Shown here piece by piece: positions 19,101 to 28,478 of a stretch of DNA of 64,000 bases; within the stretch, counting starts at the first letter, position 1, and the number at the start of each line of letters is the position of its first letter. This DNA comes from Puniceicoccales bacterium (GTDB taxonomy: Bacteria > Verrucomicrobiota > Verrucomicrobiia > Opitutales > UBA9783), in NCBI GenBank assembly GCA_031278975.1, contig JAITJL010000001.1, positions 21,680 through 85,679 on the forward strand, in the 5' to 3' direction. The notes below the pieces were generated by a model. It worked only from the letters and a program-made list of their open reading frames with translations, was not told the DNA's origin and ran no database searches. Position numbers and translations under genes: made by a program.

Positions 19101-19919
19101 TTATGTGGACAAACGCTCTATGTCTTCAATGGCATTACGGATGTCTTTTTTTTCAATTTTGTTGGCTAGACGTGCGTACGCGGATATGAGCGCTTTGTCG
19201 CACAGATGATTGATCACCCTTGGAATGCCTCGCGTGTATTTGTAGATGCGTTTAAAAGCGCCGTAGGTAAATTTTGGGAAACCTGCCTGTTTGGATACAA
19301 GACTCAATCGGTGATTGATGTAATTTTTTGTTTCTTCCAGCGAAAGCGTTGTAAGTTCGTAATAGACTAAGATGCGTTGTTTTAATTGACGTAATTGAGA
19401 TTGATTGAGTTTAAATTTGAATTCGGGTTGCCCTAACAATAAAATCTGCAATAATTTTCGTTGTTCGGTTTCTAAGTTGGATAAAAGTCGAATAGATTCA
19501 AGTAACTCGTAAGACAAATTTTGTGCTTCGTCAATGATGAGTAAAACCTCTTTGCCCTTCTTAATTTTTGAAAGCAAAAAGTCATTTAAGGCGTCCAAGT
19601 GATCATGTTCCGGCAGTTTTGTTACCGGCATCTCTAATTCTTTAAGCATACTGCGGATGAGTTGTTCGGTTGACATTTGACACGAATACAGCCATGCGCT
19701 TTCGAAAATAGAGTTATCCAAAGATTGTAATAGAGTTCTGCATAGCAGCGTTTTTCCACAACCCACTTCGCCCGTAATGACCAAGAAACCTTTCCTTTGC
19801 TCGATGCCGTAGCGCAAGTGCGATAGTGCTTCCTTATGTGCTGGACTTAAGTAAAGAAATTTTGGATCCGGCGTTATGTTAAATGGATGTTCACTAAAAC
19901 CGAAAAATTGCTGATACAT
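19101..19919 (-). CDS. gspA: ExeA/GspA (MshM)-type AAA ATPase
   Basis: MYQQFFGFSEHPFNITPDPKFLYLSPAHKEALSHLRYGIEQRKGFLVITGEVGCGKTLLCRTL is the hallmark COG3267 N-terminus with Walker A. Walker B is LLIIDEAQNL. Confidence 0.75.
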   Translation of the reverse strand: MYQQFFGFSEHPFNITPDPKFLYLSPAHKEALSHLRYGIEQRKGFLVITGEVGCGKTLLCRTLLQSLDNSIFESAWLYSCQMSTEQLIRSMLKELEMPVTKLPEHDHLDALNDFLLSKIKKGKEVLLIIDEAQNLSYELLESIRLLSNLETEQRKLLQILLLGQPEFKFKLNQSQLRQLKQRILVYYELTTLSLEETKNYINHRLSLVSKQAGFPKFTYGAFKRIYKYTRGIPRVINHLCDKALISAYARLANKIEKKDIRNAIEDIERLST

Positions 19920-19986
19920 AACGAAATCTTCCTTTATCTACTTTAATTTTGACTTTTCGTTTTGGCAATGAAAATATAGGTCTTTA

Positions 19987-20346
19987 GTGAAAATTTATAC
20001 AATCTATATCACGCTGTACCGATACCTGTGTCGCCACAAATGGCCTGTTTGTGCACTGGTGATTGCGTTAATTTTTTTAAATATCTGGGGAAAGCAATTT
20101 TTTAAATCCTATCATTTATACCGTTCGTTGCACGATAAAAACTCACTTTTAGTGCAGTGCCTGGAGGCATCTCGTTTGCATTTATCCCAAAAACAGCATT
20201 TTGTACACAAAGTAGAAACACAGGCTAGTTTCAGAGAAAAATTAATTCGGGAACATTTGGGTTTTATAAAAAAGCAGGAATGCGTTATACGGTTTCTGAA
20301 TTCGGAATCCGATGTGGCGAATGCGCAACAAGCTATTCATTTTTAG
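19987..20346 (+). CDS. Putative FtsB/DivIC-like septum-formation initiator
   Basis: 119 aa with a GTG start. Has an N-terminal TM helix (VCALVIALIFLNIW), a coiled-coil stretch, and then EKLIREHLGFIKKQECVIRF, similar to the conserved xxARExLGxVxxGExV tail. Confidence 0.35.
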   Translation: MKIYTIYITLYRYLCRHKWPVCALVIALIFLNIWGKQFFKSYHLYRSLHDKNSLLVQCLEASRLHLSQKQHFVHKVETQASFREKLIREHLGFIKKQECVIRFLNSESDVANAQQAIHF

Positions 20347-20508
20347 ACATCATTGGTGTGTAGACTTTGGTATCGAGGGTATTGCTATGTGTCACGCAAA
20401 TTGAAGGTAAATTAAACGTCTCCCTAAAGCGCTCAATTGCAAAATATCCTCCAAGACCTTTGATACGTTTACATCCTACGCTTCATTTTAAAATTGAAAC
20501 GCAGGGCC

Positions 20509-21684
20509 TTAATTTCTTTTTTGTGCAGAGTTTCCTGTTTTTGTAATTTTATCAAAAATAATTGCCAAGGAACCATTGCCTACAATATTACAGGCGGTGA
20601 TAAAAGGATCAAACAGAATGTACAAAGCCGTAATTAAGCCAAGCATATCCGCGTTAAAACCAAGGTAATTTTGCAGAATCGGCAGCATGACCAAAATGCC
20701 TCCTCCAGGGATGGCCGCAACCGCAAATTTGGCTATAACGAAGTGAATAGCAAATATAAGATACGTTGAAATAGTTGGGAGCTCTTGACCCAAAGAAGTC
20801 AGCATCGCCATCGCTACGAAAGGAATAAAGAAACAATCGCCTACCAGATGTACGTTAACCGAAAGTGGAACAATGATGGCCGCGTTATCCTTATTTTTCA
20901 AATTTGCTTCTGCTGCCTTAATCGAGAGTGGAAGAGCAGCTGCGCTCGACATAGAACCAAATCCGGTGACAACGGCCGGCAGCAAGTTTTTTAGATAATC
21001 GATCCATTGGCCAAAATGAAAACCGGATAAGACGAATAATTGCAACAGCACGTAGCCATAAGCAGAAAACACAAAAATCTCCATGACTACAAGGTACTTG
21101 GATAAAATGAGCAATATCATTTCGTCGTGGTTAAGTTTCAGCGCCGTTCCGAATATAAACAAGGGCATAAGCGGAATTAAAAGCTTGAAAAAACATTTCA
21201 TGAATTTTTCGGTGATTATCGATACCCGTGCATGCAGCTTATTAGATTTCATTAAACTGGATACGATACCTCCCAAAACTCCCGCTAGCAAAGCCAGATC
21301 ATTGGAAATAATGGGGGGTAATGAAAATGAGAAAAGAGGTATAACGCTAGAATTGCCCTGTTGAACAGAAGGAATAACGGATAGTATGCCAATTTTTATG
21401 CAGTAATTGCTGAGCAAATAGGATAGAAGCGTGTTTATAAAATTTGAAAAGCATATCAGTGGAGCAATAAAAATTAAAAATCTTAATGAACCTACACCGA
21501 TTCGTCCAAGAGATGTGTAAAGCAAAGCAAAAATAACTAACGGTAAAACAAAAATGATGCACTCTTTGATGGTAAGACTGAGGGCGTAAAAAAAAGATAT
21601 TATGACATCGGGTAATAAGTGGCCATACAAGGCTGGTAAAACCAACGTAAATAAAAAAATAATGGGCATAATAAACTTTTTCAT
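20509..21684 (-). CDS. Dicarboxylate/amino acid:cation symporter (DAACS/SDF family)
   Basis: 391 aa and polytopic. FGSMSSAAALPLSIKAAE and NVHLVGDCFFIPFVAMAM resemble the GltP/SstT family re-entrant loop motifs. Confidence 0.75.
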   Translation of the reverse strand: MKKFIMPIIFLFTLVLPALYGHLLPDVIISFFYALSLTIKECIIFVLPLVIFALLYTSLGRIGVGSLRFLIFIAPLICFSNFINTLLSYLLSNYCIKIGILSVIPSVQQGNSSVIPLFSFSLPPIISNDLALLAGVLGGIVSSLMKSNKLHARVSIITEKFMKCFFKLLIPLMPLFIFGTALKLNHDEMILLILSKYLVVMEIFVFSAYGYVLLQLFVLSGFHFGQWIDYLKNLLPAVVTGFGSMSSAAALPLSIKAAEANLKNKDNAAIIVPLSVNVHLVGDCFFIPFVAMAMLTSLGQELPTISTYLIFAIHFVIAKFAVAAIPGGGILVMLPILQNYLGFNADMLGLITALYILFDPFITACNIVGNGSLAIIFDKITKTGNSAQKRN

Positions 21685-22247
21685 TTTTATCCGTTTGAAA
21701 AAATACGAGTTAGCGTTGTTGTTGGAGATTAGTGGCGGCTAGACTAAAAGCATCCGCACGCTGAACTTTCGCGGGTATTTTTGGGGGAAATTAACAAACA
21801 AAAACAAGCTGCGATTCAGCACTTACGAATGCCATGCTAGTTCGCAGATAATGAAAAGACAATAACATGAGAGGAAACACCCCATGGCACTTTTGCAACC
21901 CAATCTTCAGTAAGCTAACAACTCTCATATTGTTCACGATATTGCTGTAGAATGACAGTATAATTCATTGATAAAGTCAAGTTAATTTTTAGCAAAACAT
22001 GATTTCGATGCGATGTATAAGTATTGGATCCGGATGTTTTCAAGCAAATATATCTAAGACGTTTTTCCCAAATGCCTCTAGTTTTGTTTATGGTATATGT
22101 TACCACACTTTAGTTTAGAGTAAAAATATCCCTTTCTTTCTATCAACATTTACCTTGAAAATTTGTCCAATAGAACTGCAAGTGCGAATCATTGTTTTCA
22201 TAAAAAACACCTTGAAGGTTGTCTAATTCTTCCCTACGTTAATTGGC

Positions 22248-24101
22248 ATGAAGTCAACGGAAAAGTCGGACTATTTACAACAATTGCGACACTCGGCGGC
22301 TCATGTGCTTGCCGCTGCCGTCGTACGATTGTTTCCAACGGTAAAGTATGACATTGGCCCCTCCATCGATAACGGGTTTTATTACGACTTTGACTTAACG
22401 CACACGTTGACGGTCAGTGACTTGGAAGCAATCGAAACGGAGATGAAACGCATTGTTGCGGCAGACGAACCTTTTGAGCGCATTGAAGTCTCTCGTGAAG
22501 AGGCTGAAGAACAATTTCGACGGTTAGCACAGCCTTACAAATTGGAACGGTTGGCCGATATTCCAAAAGATGAAATCGTTTCTCTGTACCGTAATGGAAA
22601 TTTTCTGGATCTGTGTCGTGGGCCTCACGTTGCGTCCACAAGCTGCATTAAAGCCATAAAGTTGTTAAATGTTGCAGGCTGCTATTATCGTGGCGATGAA
22701 AAAAATAAACAGTTACAACGGATTTACGGAACCGCTTTTGAATCGGAAGAAGCGCTTCGTAGCTACCTTAATCAATTAGAATTGGCCAAAAAACACGATC
22801 ACAGAAAGTTGGGCATTCAACTTAACCTTTTTTACATCGATGATCTGGTAGGGCAAGGACTCATTTTGTGGACCCCCAAGGGAACGCTCCTTCGGCAAAC
22901 GTTGCAGGCATTTCTAACGGAAGAGTTGGATCATCAGGGATACGTTCAAGTCATAACGCCCCACATAGGCAAATTGGATCTATTCAAAACTTCCGGTCAC
23001 TATCCCTACTATAAAGACTCGCAATTTGCCCCCATTTGGAATAGGGACGATTGGAATCACTTACTGAGCGAGACGCAGTCTTACGAAACGTTTAAACAAC
23101 AATTGGATAATAGGGAAAATATAGAGGGTTTTCTATTAAAACCCATGAATTGCCCCATGCACGTGCGTTTATTTGCGTCTCAACCACATTCTTACCGTGA
23201 TTTGCCCGTACGTATGGCCGAGTTTGGAACGGTCTATCGTTGGGAACAATCGGGAGAATTGGGAGGGCTAACGCGTGTTCGCGGGTTTACTCAGGATGAT
23301 GCGCACATTTTTTGCACGGAAGAGCAATTGGCAGATGAACTTGCCGGATGTTTAAAGTTGATTAATATTATCTTTAACACGCTTGGTATGGGCGATTATC
23401 GCGTACGTATCTCGTTGCGTGATCCAAATTCAGATAAGTACATCGGGGATGATCTCTTGTGGGAAAAAGCAGAAGCGGGTTTAAGAGAAGCAGCGCAACA
23501 ATTAGCTAAACCGGCCACCGAAGCCATTGGAGAAGCGGCTTTCTATGGCCCCAAGTTAGATTTTATTGTACGCGACGTCATTGGGCGTGAATGGCAATTG
23601 GGGACCATTCAGATTGATTACAACTTGCCTCAGAGATTCAAAATTGCCTATGTCGGCAAAGATAATCAAGCACACGTTCCCATTATGATTCATAGAGCCC
23701 CTTTTGGATCAATGGAACGGTTTTGCGGCCTACTCATCGAACATTTTGCCGGTGATTTTCCCCTGTGGCTTTCCCCCGAACAGGTACGTATTTTGCCCAT
23801 CAACGATGGTCTGATCCCCTACGCCGACGAGGTCCACGCTCGATTGAAAAAACTTAACATTCGCTGCTCCATAGATGATAAGGCTGAAACACTGGGAGCA
23901 AAGATTAGAAAAGCGGAAATGGAAAAAGTGCCCTACGTCTTCATCATCGGAGAAAAGGAGAAAGAAGCAAGTTCGGTTACCGTACGTTCCCGGTGCCAAC
24001 CAAAGCATGCAGGGACGCATACTTTGGAAAGTGTGCTGCAGCTATTGCAATCGGAAATTGAAGAGCGTGCCTTACCTCAAAAATGCAACAGAGATAAGTA
24101 A
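22248..24101 (+). CDS. thrS: Threonyl-tRNA synthetase (starts at the editing domain; no TGS domain)
   Basis: RHSAAHVLAAAV (the HxxxH editing-domain motif) begins at residue 14. Class II core: KPMNCPMHVRLF, FGTVYRWEQSGELGGLTRVRGFTQDDAHIF, HRAPFGSMERF. An anticodon-binding domain follows. Confidence 0.95.
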   Translation: MKSTEKSDYLQQLRHSAAHVLAAAVVRLFPTVKYDIGPSIDNGFYYDFDLTHTLTVSDLEAIETEMKRIVAADEPFERIEVSREEAEEQFRRLAQPYKLERLADIPKDEIVSLYRNGNFLDLCRGPHVASTSCIKAIKLLNVAGCYYRGDEKNKQLQRIYGTAFESEEALRSYLNQLELAKKHDHRKLGIQLNLFYIDDLVGQGLILWTPKGTLLRQTLQAFLTEELDHQGYVQVITPHIGKLDLFKTSGHYPYYKDSQFAPIWNRDDWNHLLSETQSYETFKQQLDNRENIEGFLLKPMNCPMHVRLFASQPHSYRDLPVRMAEFGTVYRWEQSGELGGLTRVRGFTQDDAHIFCTEEQLADELAGCLKLINIIFNTLGMGDYRVRISLRDPNSDKYIGDDLLWEKAEAGLREAAQQLAKPATEAIGEAAFYGPKLDFIVRDVIGREWQLGTIQIDYNLPQRFKIAYVGKDNQAHVPIMIHRAPFGSMERFCGLLIEHFAGDFPLWLSPEQVRILPINDGLIPYADEVHARLKKLNIRCSIDDKAETLGAKIRKAEMEKVPYVFIIGEKEKEASSVTVRSRCQPKHAGTHTLESVLQLLQSEIEERALPQKCNRDK

Positions 24102-24109
24102 TTAAGAAT

Positions 24110-24145
24110 CAAAAGAGCTGCTTTTGTATGAAGCAAACTCTTTTG
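24110..24145. terminator. Hairpin between convergent thrS and the 24178..24780 gene (possible bidirectional terminator)
   Basis: caaaagagctgctt-ttgtatg-aagcaaactcttttg. The outer 8 bp pair perfectly and the inner 5 bp pair with a one-nt bulge. A T-run lies within the 3' arm. Confidence 0.4.
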
Positions 24146-24177
24146 AATACCGCTCCTGCGAAGCTTGAAGTCAGTTG

Positions 24178-24780
24178 CTATTGCTTAGTTTTCAAGATAA
24201 GATCTTTTTCTCTGTAAGTATTATTTTCATGATCTACATATTCAACACCATCAAAATAAACATTTTTTGAATTTGTTACACTTTGATAACAAGGTTCTTC
24301 ATACAAATAATGACCATCTGGGGTTTGAATGATTGGTGTGTACTTATTTAAACACACAGTAAATAGCGGTGACCCTTTGAAAACTAGATTTCCGTCAGCG
24401 GTGTATCCTGGAGCAGTAGGATATTTCTCACCATCTTCATTGTAGGCATTACGTCCGTCATAATAAACGAAGAACTCAAAATCTGTTGGGAGCTCATAAA
24501 AATAATTCCCTTTAATCTCTTGAACGGTTCGACCGTCTTGAGCCCTAAGCCCATGAGGTGTATCATGTACAGAAGCGTTATCTGCAATTGCTCCCAAATA
24601 TGGATAATCGCTCGGCGTAAAACCGTCTTTATCTTTGCGTGTTGTGGGACAAAATGGATCATCATGCTCCTCTTGGCAATCCTGGCACCACCAAGCATGC
24701 AAACTAATTGCCCCTATAATTATAGCCATGATGCTACTTATTTTAACTATCTTTTGCACGCCACATTTCATGTTTATCAT
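24178..24780 (-). CDS. N-terminally anchored protein, AWWCxxCQxEHxxxxCP family (paralog A)
   Basis: 200 aa. A hydrophobic helix (ISSIMAIIIGAISL) is followed by HAWWCQDCQEEHDDPFCP. It shares further blocks (SVH, VQEI.G, YFDG..(Y/W)VD) with 28479..29129. Confidence 0.55.
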   Translation of the reverse strand: MINMKCGVQKIVKISSIMAIIIGAISLHAWWCQDCQEEHDDPFCPTTRKDKDGFTPSDYPYLGAIADNASVHDTPHGLRAQDGRTVQEIKGNYFYELPTDFEFFVYYDGRNAYNEDGEKYPTAPGYTADGNLVFKGSPLFTVCLNKYTPIIQTPDGHYLYEEPCYQSVTNSKNVYFDGVEYVDHENNTYREKDLILKTKQ

Positions 24781-24876
24781 TATTGCGTGTTTTCAATCCT
24801 GTGTCAAGACTTAAGCAAAATGTATATGAAAAGCATTTACAACACCTTGTAAGCTTGGCTATCTTCTATTTAATTT

Positions 24877-25356
24877 ATGACGAAAGTGGACCTTAATCTC
24901 GTAAAACGAGTGCTCTTAAATGCTTCTCTGGATAATTACCTCTTGGATGAAATCATTAGCGAACTGCAATCGGCAGCCCAAGAGGAAGGGAAAAATGAAT
25001 TACAAAAGTTGGTGCCCATAAAGAGGCAATTTGTTGTATTGGTGGCGGATAATGAGGGTATTCTGTCGGAAAAGGAATGCGTAGGGTGGATTTTACAAAT
25101 ACCAGAGGATGAACCTATGCAATCGGTGGGAGAAAAGTTAACAAAAGTAGCAAAAGCTTTCAATTTAAGTAAGAAAGGCAGAAAATTTCCCGTTGCAACC
25201 GTTGGCGAGACCTGTGAGAATGTTTCGGCTAAAATTTTTAAAGAGCATAAACTTTGGTTGAAAACGAAGGAACCTGTTCTGTTGGTTCCCATCAAGAATA
25301 CTTTATCTCTTAAAGAAGATTCCCAAGAGAAGTCGTATAATGTTTGTAATTTTTGA
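24877..25356 (+). CDS. Hypothetical protein
   Basis: 159 aa with balanced composition. The long antisense ORF 24936..25403 is S/F/C-rich and looks spurious. I recognise no motif. Confidence 0.5.
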   Translation: MTKVDLNLVKRVLLNASLDNYLLDEIISELQSAAQEEGKNELQKLVPIKRQFVVLVADNEGILSEKECVGWILQIPEDEPMQSVGEKLTKVAKAFNLSKKGRKFPVATVGETCENVSAKIFKEHKLWLKTKEPVLLVPIKNTLSLKEDSQEKSYNVCNF

Positions 25357-25454
25357 AAAATTTTATCGTGCCGTAAAAAAATACAAACACTCTTGGTAAG
25401 CATGATCTTAAGACCCCTTATTTTAAGGTTGAAGTTGCAGCAGTTTTTCTACTG

Positions 25455-26723
25455 ATGTTAATCATGCAACATTCATGCAAACAAGCTTATTGGAATTGGC
25501 TGCTCTTATCTGCATTTTTTGCTTACCAATATTTGTTACGCATTTATCCAAGTATTTTTACGGATGAAATTAGGGCAACGTTCCAGTTTTCTGCCAACGA
25601 ATTCTCAACATTGAGTACCTACTGCATTGGCATATACAGTTGTTTACAAATTCCGTTGGGCATCCTGTTGGATAAAATGGGCGTGCGATGGATCATTATC
25701 GCTTCTTTAGGCCTATGCTTGGTAAGCCAATACTTGTTCACGCATACGCAAGTTCAATGGGTTGCCCAATGGGGACGCGTTCTCATTGGGATAGGATCCG
25801 CACCTGCATTTATGGGCGTCGTAAAGGTAATTTCGGATTCTTTTTCCAATAGGCTTTGCGGCATTTTTATAGGGATTACCTGTGTTTTAGGTATGGTGAC
25901 CACCATGGTGGGTAGTCATTGGTTGCGGCAATTGGATGCTACCGGCTTAAGTTAGCAGCAAGCCATCGATAGTCTGTTGTGGATAGGATGTATGCTGTGG
26001 ATCATACTGTTACTTTCTTTGACAACTGTGAACGAAAATCGGTCTGCAAATGCCCCTAAGGGATACACTCGTTTTTGGCCGTCTTTTTGTTCTGTATTAT
26101 TGAATCATAAGGTTTTTTCGTACGCACTTTTAACCGTTGGAACGTGCGCCGTTGTGAATACGGTATCGGGTCTATGGGGGCCTGCTTTTTTAAGTGCCAA
26201 ATACCATCTATCCCCCTTGCAAGCGGTACATTACAATCAAAGCATTTCTGCAGGATTGATGGTGGGCAGTTTTTTGCTACCCACTATATTTAGTGAAGGC
26301 AAAAGAATTTTGCAGGGTATCCGTACGTGTTATCTTATCCTGGTAGGTATTTTTATATGCTTAATCTACGGCTCAGCGTCCATACCTCCTTCCTTATTAC
26401 AAATCGCATTATTTGTAGCTGGCATTGTAGCTTGTGCTGACATTCTTTGTTTTTCATTGACAGCCCAGTTGTCAACGCCAAAAACTTCGGCACTCATCGT
26501 AGGCTGGGTTGATACGATTCACATGCTAGGTTTAGCTTGCCTGCAAGGATTGGTTGCGTTTTCTTTAGACAAACATTGGTCAGGGGTTACGAATGAGCAG
26601 GGCTTAAGAATTTACCAGGCCCGCGACTACGAATTCGCCTTGGGTGTATTATTAAATGTTGTCATTGGTGGCACGGTTATCGTATGGTGTATGCGCAGTA
26701 AAAATCATAATTTGAAAAAATGA
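25455..26723 (+). pseudogene. MFS transporter interrupted by a single in-frame TAG (25953-25955)
   Basis: Track ORFs 25455..25955 and 25977..26723 are in the same frame (both coordinates are divisible by 3). They read ...RQLDATGLS*QQAIDSLLWIGCMLW... Together they give about 12 TM segments, a normal MFS size. Confidence 0.7.
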
Positions 26724-27916
26724 ATGTTGATTTAGTATCGCAATGGGTCTTGTTATCTCAAAATTTGGAGCACTGCGTCGGTGAAACTATGCTTAAAGAA
26801 AAACTCACTCGAGGTCAGGGGTTACGCATAAAATTGGGTGTGGATCCCACACGGCCTGATTTAACGTTTGGGCATTGGGTCGTCTTCAATAAGTTGAAAC
26901 AATTCCAGAATTTGGGACACAAGGTTATTTTCTTAATTGGAGATTACACAACGCGCATTGGAGATCCCAGTGGACGTTCGTGTACAAGACCTGTGTTAAC
27001 CCCGGAGCAGATTACTCAAAACGCAAAAACTTACCTGGACCAAGCATTTAAAGTATTGGATGTAGAAAAAACGGAAGTGCGTTACAACAGCGAATGGTTC
27101 TGCAAAATGAATTTTGGAGATTTGCTAAATTTGGCTCGACAGGTGACGGTGGCTCAACTGTTGGAACGTGACGACTTTGCAAACCGCTACGCCCACAACA
27201 CTCCCATAGTCCTCGTTGAATTTTTATATCCGTTACTACAGGCGTACGATTCGGTTATGTTGCAAGCGGATGTTGAATTGGGAGGGACAGACCAATTGTT
27301 CAACATGTGTTTGGGTCGTCAATTCCAGCGTCTTTATGGACAGAGTGAACAGACTGTCATGTGTATGCCGTTGTTGGTCGGGTTAGATGGAATACGTAAG
27401 ATGTCCAAAAGTTATAACAATTACATTGCATTGAACGAATCTGCAAAAAGTATGTTTGGCAAAATTATGTCCTTGCCCGACGAAACCATGTGGACGTACT
27501 TTCGATTACTGGCCTTAGAACCGGAAGAATCTATCGCCATGCTAAAAGCGGAACATCCGATGGTGGCGAAAAAAGCGTTGGCTGTGAAATTGCTAAAGCA
27601 ATTTTTTACCGAGGCGGAAATAACCGAAGTCAAACATGATTTTGAAACTGTTTTCTCTCAAAAGGGTATACCTCATCAGATCCCCGAATTTTCAAAAAAT
27701 GCTTTAGCACACAACAATTTGATTGATCTCATTGTGGCAACTCAAATGTATGAGGGAAGTAAGAAAGATTTAAAGCGTCTGATAGCGCAAGGGGGCGTTG
27801 AGGTCAATGGACAGAAAATTTTGGATCCAATGGCAAAATTAGAAAACGCAACGCCCTACGTGGTCCGCGTCGGTAAGCATATTTTTTTTAGGGTTGTACC
27901 ATCCATTGAAGAATGA
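26720..27916 (+). CDS. tyrS: Tyrosyl-tRNA synthetase
   Basis: Class I blocks GVDPTRPDLTFGHWV (HIGH region), GGTDQLFNM and KMSKS (IRKMSKSYNN). A C-terminal S4-like domain is present (LKRLIAQGGVEVNGQKI). Confidence 0.9.
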   Translation: MNVDLVSQWVLLSQNLEHCVGETMLKEKLTRGQGLRIKLGVDPTRPDLTFGHWVVFNKLKQFQNLGHKVIFLIGDYTTRIGDPSGRSCTRPVLTPEQITQNAKTYLDQAFKVLDVEKTEVRYNSEWFCKMNFGDLLNLARQVTVAQLLERDDFANRYAHNTPIVLVEFLYPLLQAYDSVMLQADVELGGTDQLFNMCLGRQFQRLYGQSEQTVMCMPLLVGLDGIRKMSKSYNNYIALNESAKSMFGKIMSLPDETMWTYFRLLALEPEESIAMLKAEHPMVAKKALAVKLLKQFFTEAEITEVKHDFETVFSQKGIPHQIPEFSKNALAHNNLIDLIVATQMYEGSKKDLKRLIAQGGVEVNGQKILDPMAKLENATPYVVRVGKHIFFRVVPSIEE

Positions 27917-28478
27917 AAAATCAATTTTCCAAAAACCGTGATATTTTATTAATTTACAGACGTATTTTATTAGAAAAAAGCGAGAAAGAGATATGCCGTT
28001 ATTTAGTGAAAATTTTATGATGTTTTCTCAATTGCGGGATTGTGGAAGGGATACTGTTTTTGTTCTTTTTGAATAATGTGTTGAAAATGTATGTCCTATC
28101 CATTTCACATTTACCATTCAAGAACAGTCTTGATTGAAAATTAGGTAGGAGTTTAGAGGAAGCCTGTGGTTTTTGGGATAAAACAACTCAAAAGTAAAGC
28201 ACATCCATGAATCCACTCTTAACCAAAGTCGAATAGGCAGTTGACCTAAAAATTAAAAGCTTGGCATGAAAATAATATCTCGAGAAAATCCATGTAATGT
28301 TTCAAGAAAAGCTATCGGGAATCTAAAAAAGAACCCCCTGCCTTCTCGGGAAGTAGAGGTTCACCAGAAAAGGTGCAAGGGTTAAAACATGTATAAACAT
28401 ACTCAACGCACAAAGCCCTCAGATTACCTCTTCGACTTCTATGCGATTTACTTAAACTAGATCCAAAGGTTAAGCAAT

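Noticed and set aside
21685-22247. The 563-bp spacer upstream of thrS was examined for a T-box leader or other aaRS regulatory RNA, and for a decayed TGS-domain coding segment.
   Set aside because: I saw no T-box consensus (…GGGTGGTACCGCG…), no convincing specifier or terminator architecture, and no TGS-like translation. A TATAAT hexamer near 21957 lacks a properly spaced -35 element.
24936-25403. The 155-aa ORF antisense to 24877..25356, plus the many 60-150-aa ORFs nested antisense or out-of-frame in pnp, leuS, gyrB, gyrA, recA, bamA, lpxD, oppC and others.
   Set aside because: They lie entirely inside strongly supported genes and have skewed S/F/C/R-rich composition. They are the expected shadow ORFs.
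25953-25955. Stop-codon reassignment or programmed readthrough of TAG in the MFS gene.
   Set aside because: TAG terminates at least two other well-delimited genes in the window: the lipase at 10706-10708, followed by a terminator hairpin, and the MscS gene at 11899-11901. Nonsense mutation or sequencing error is the simpler reading.
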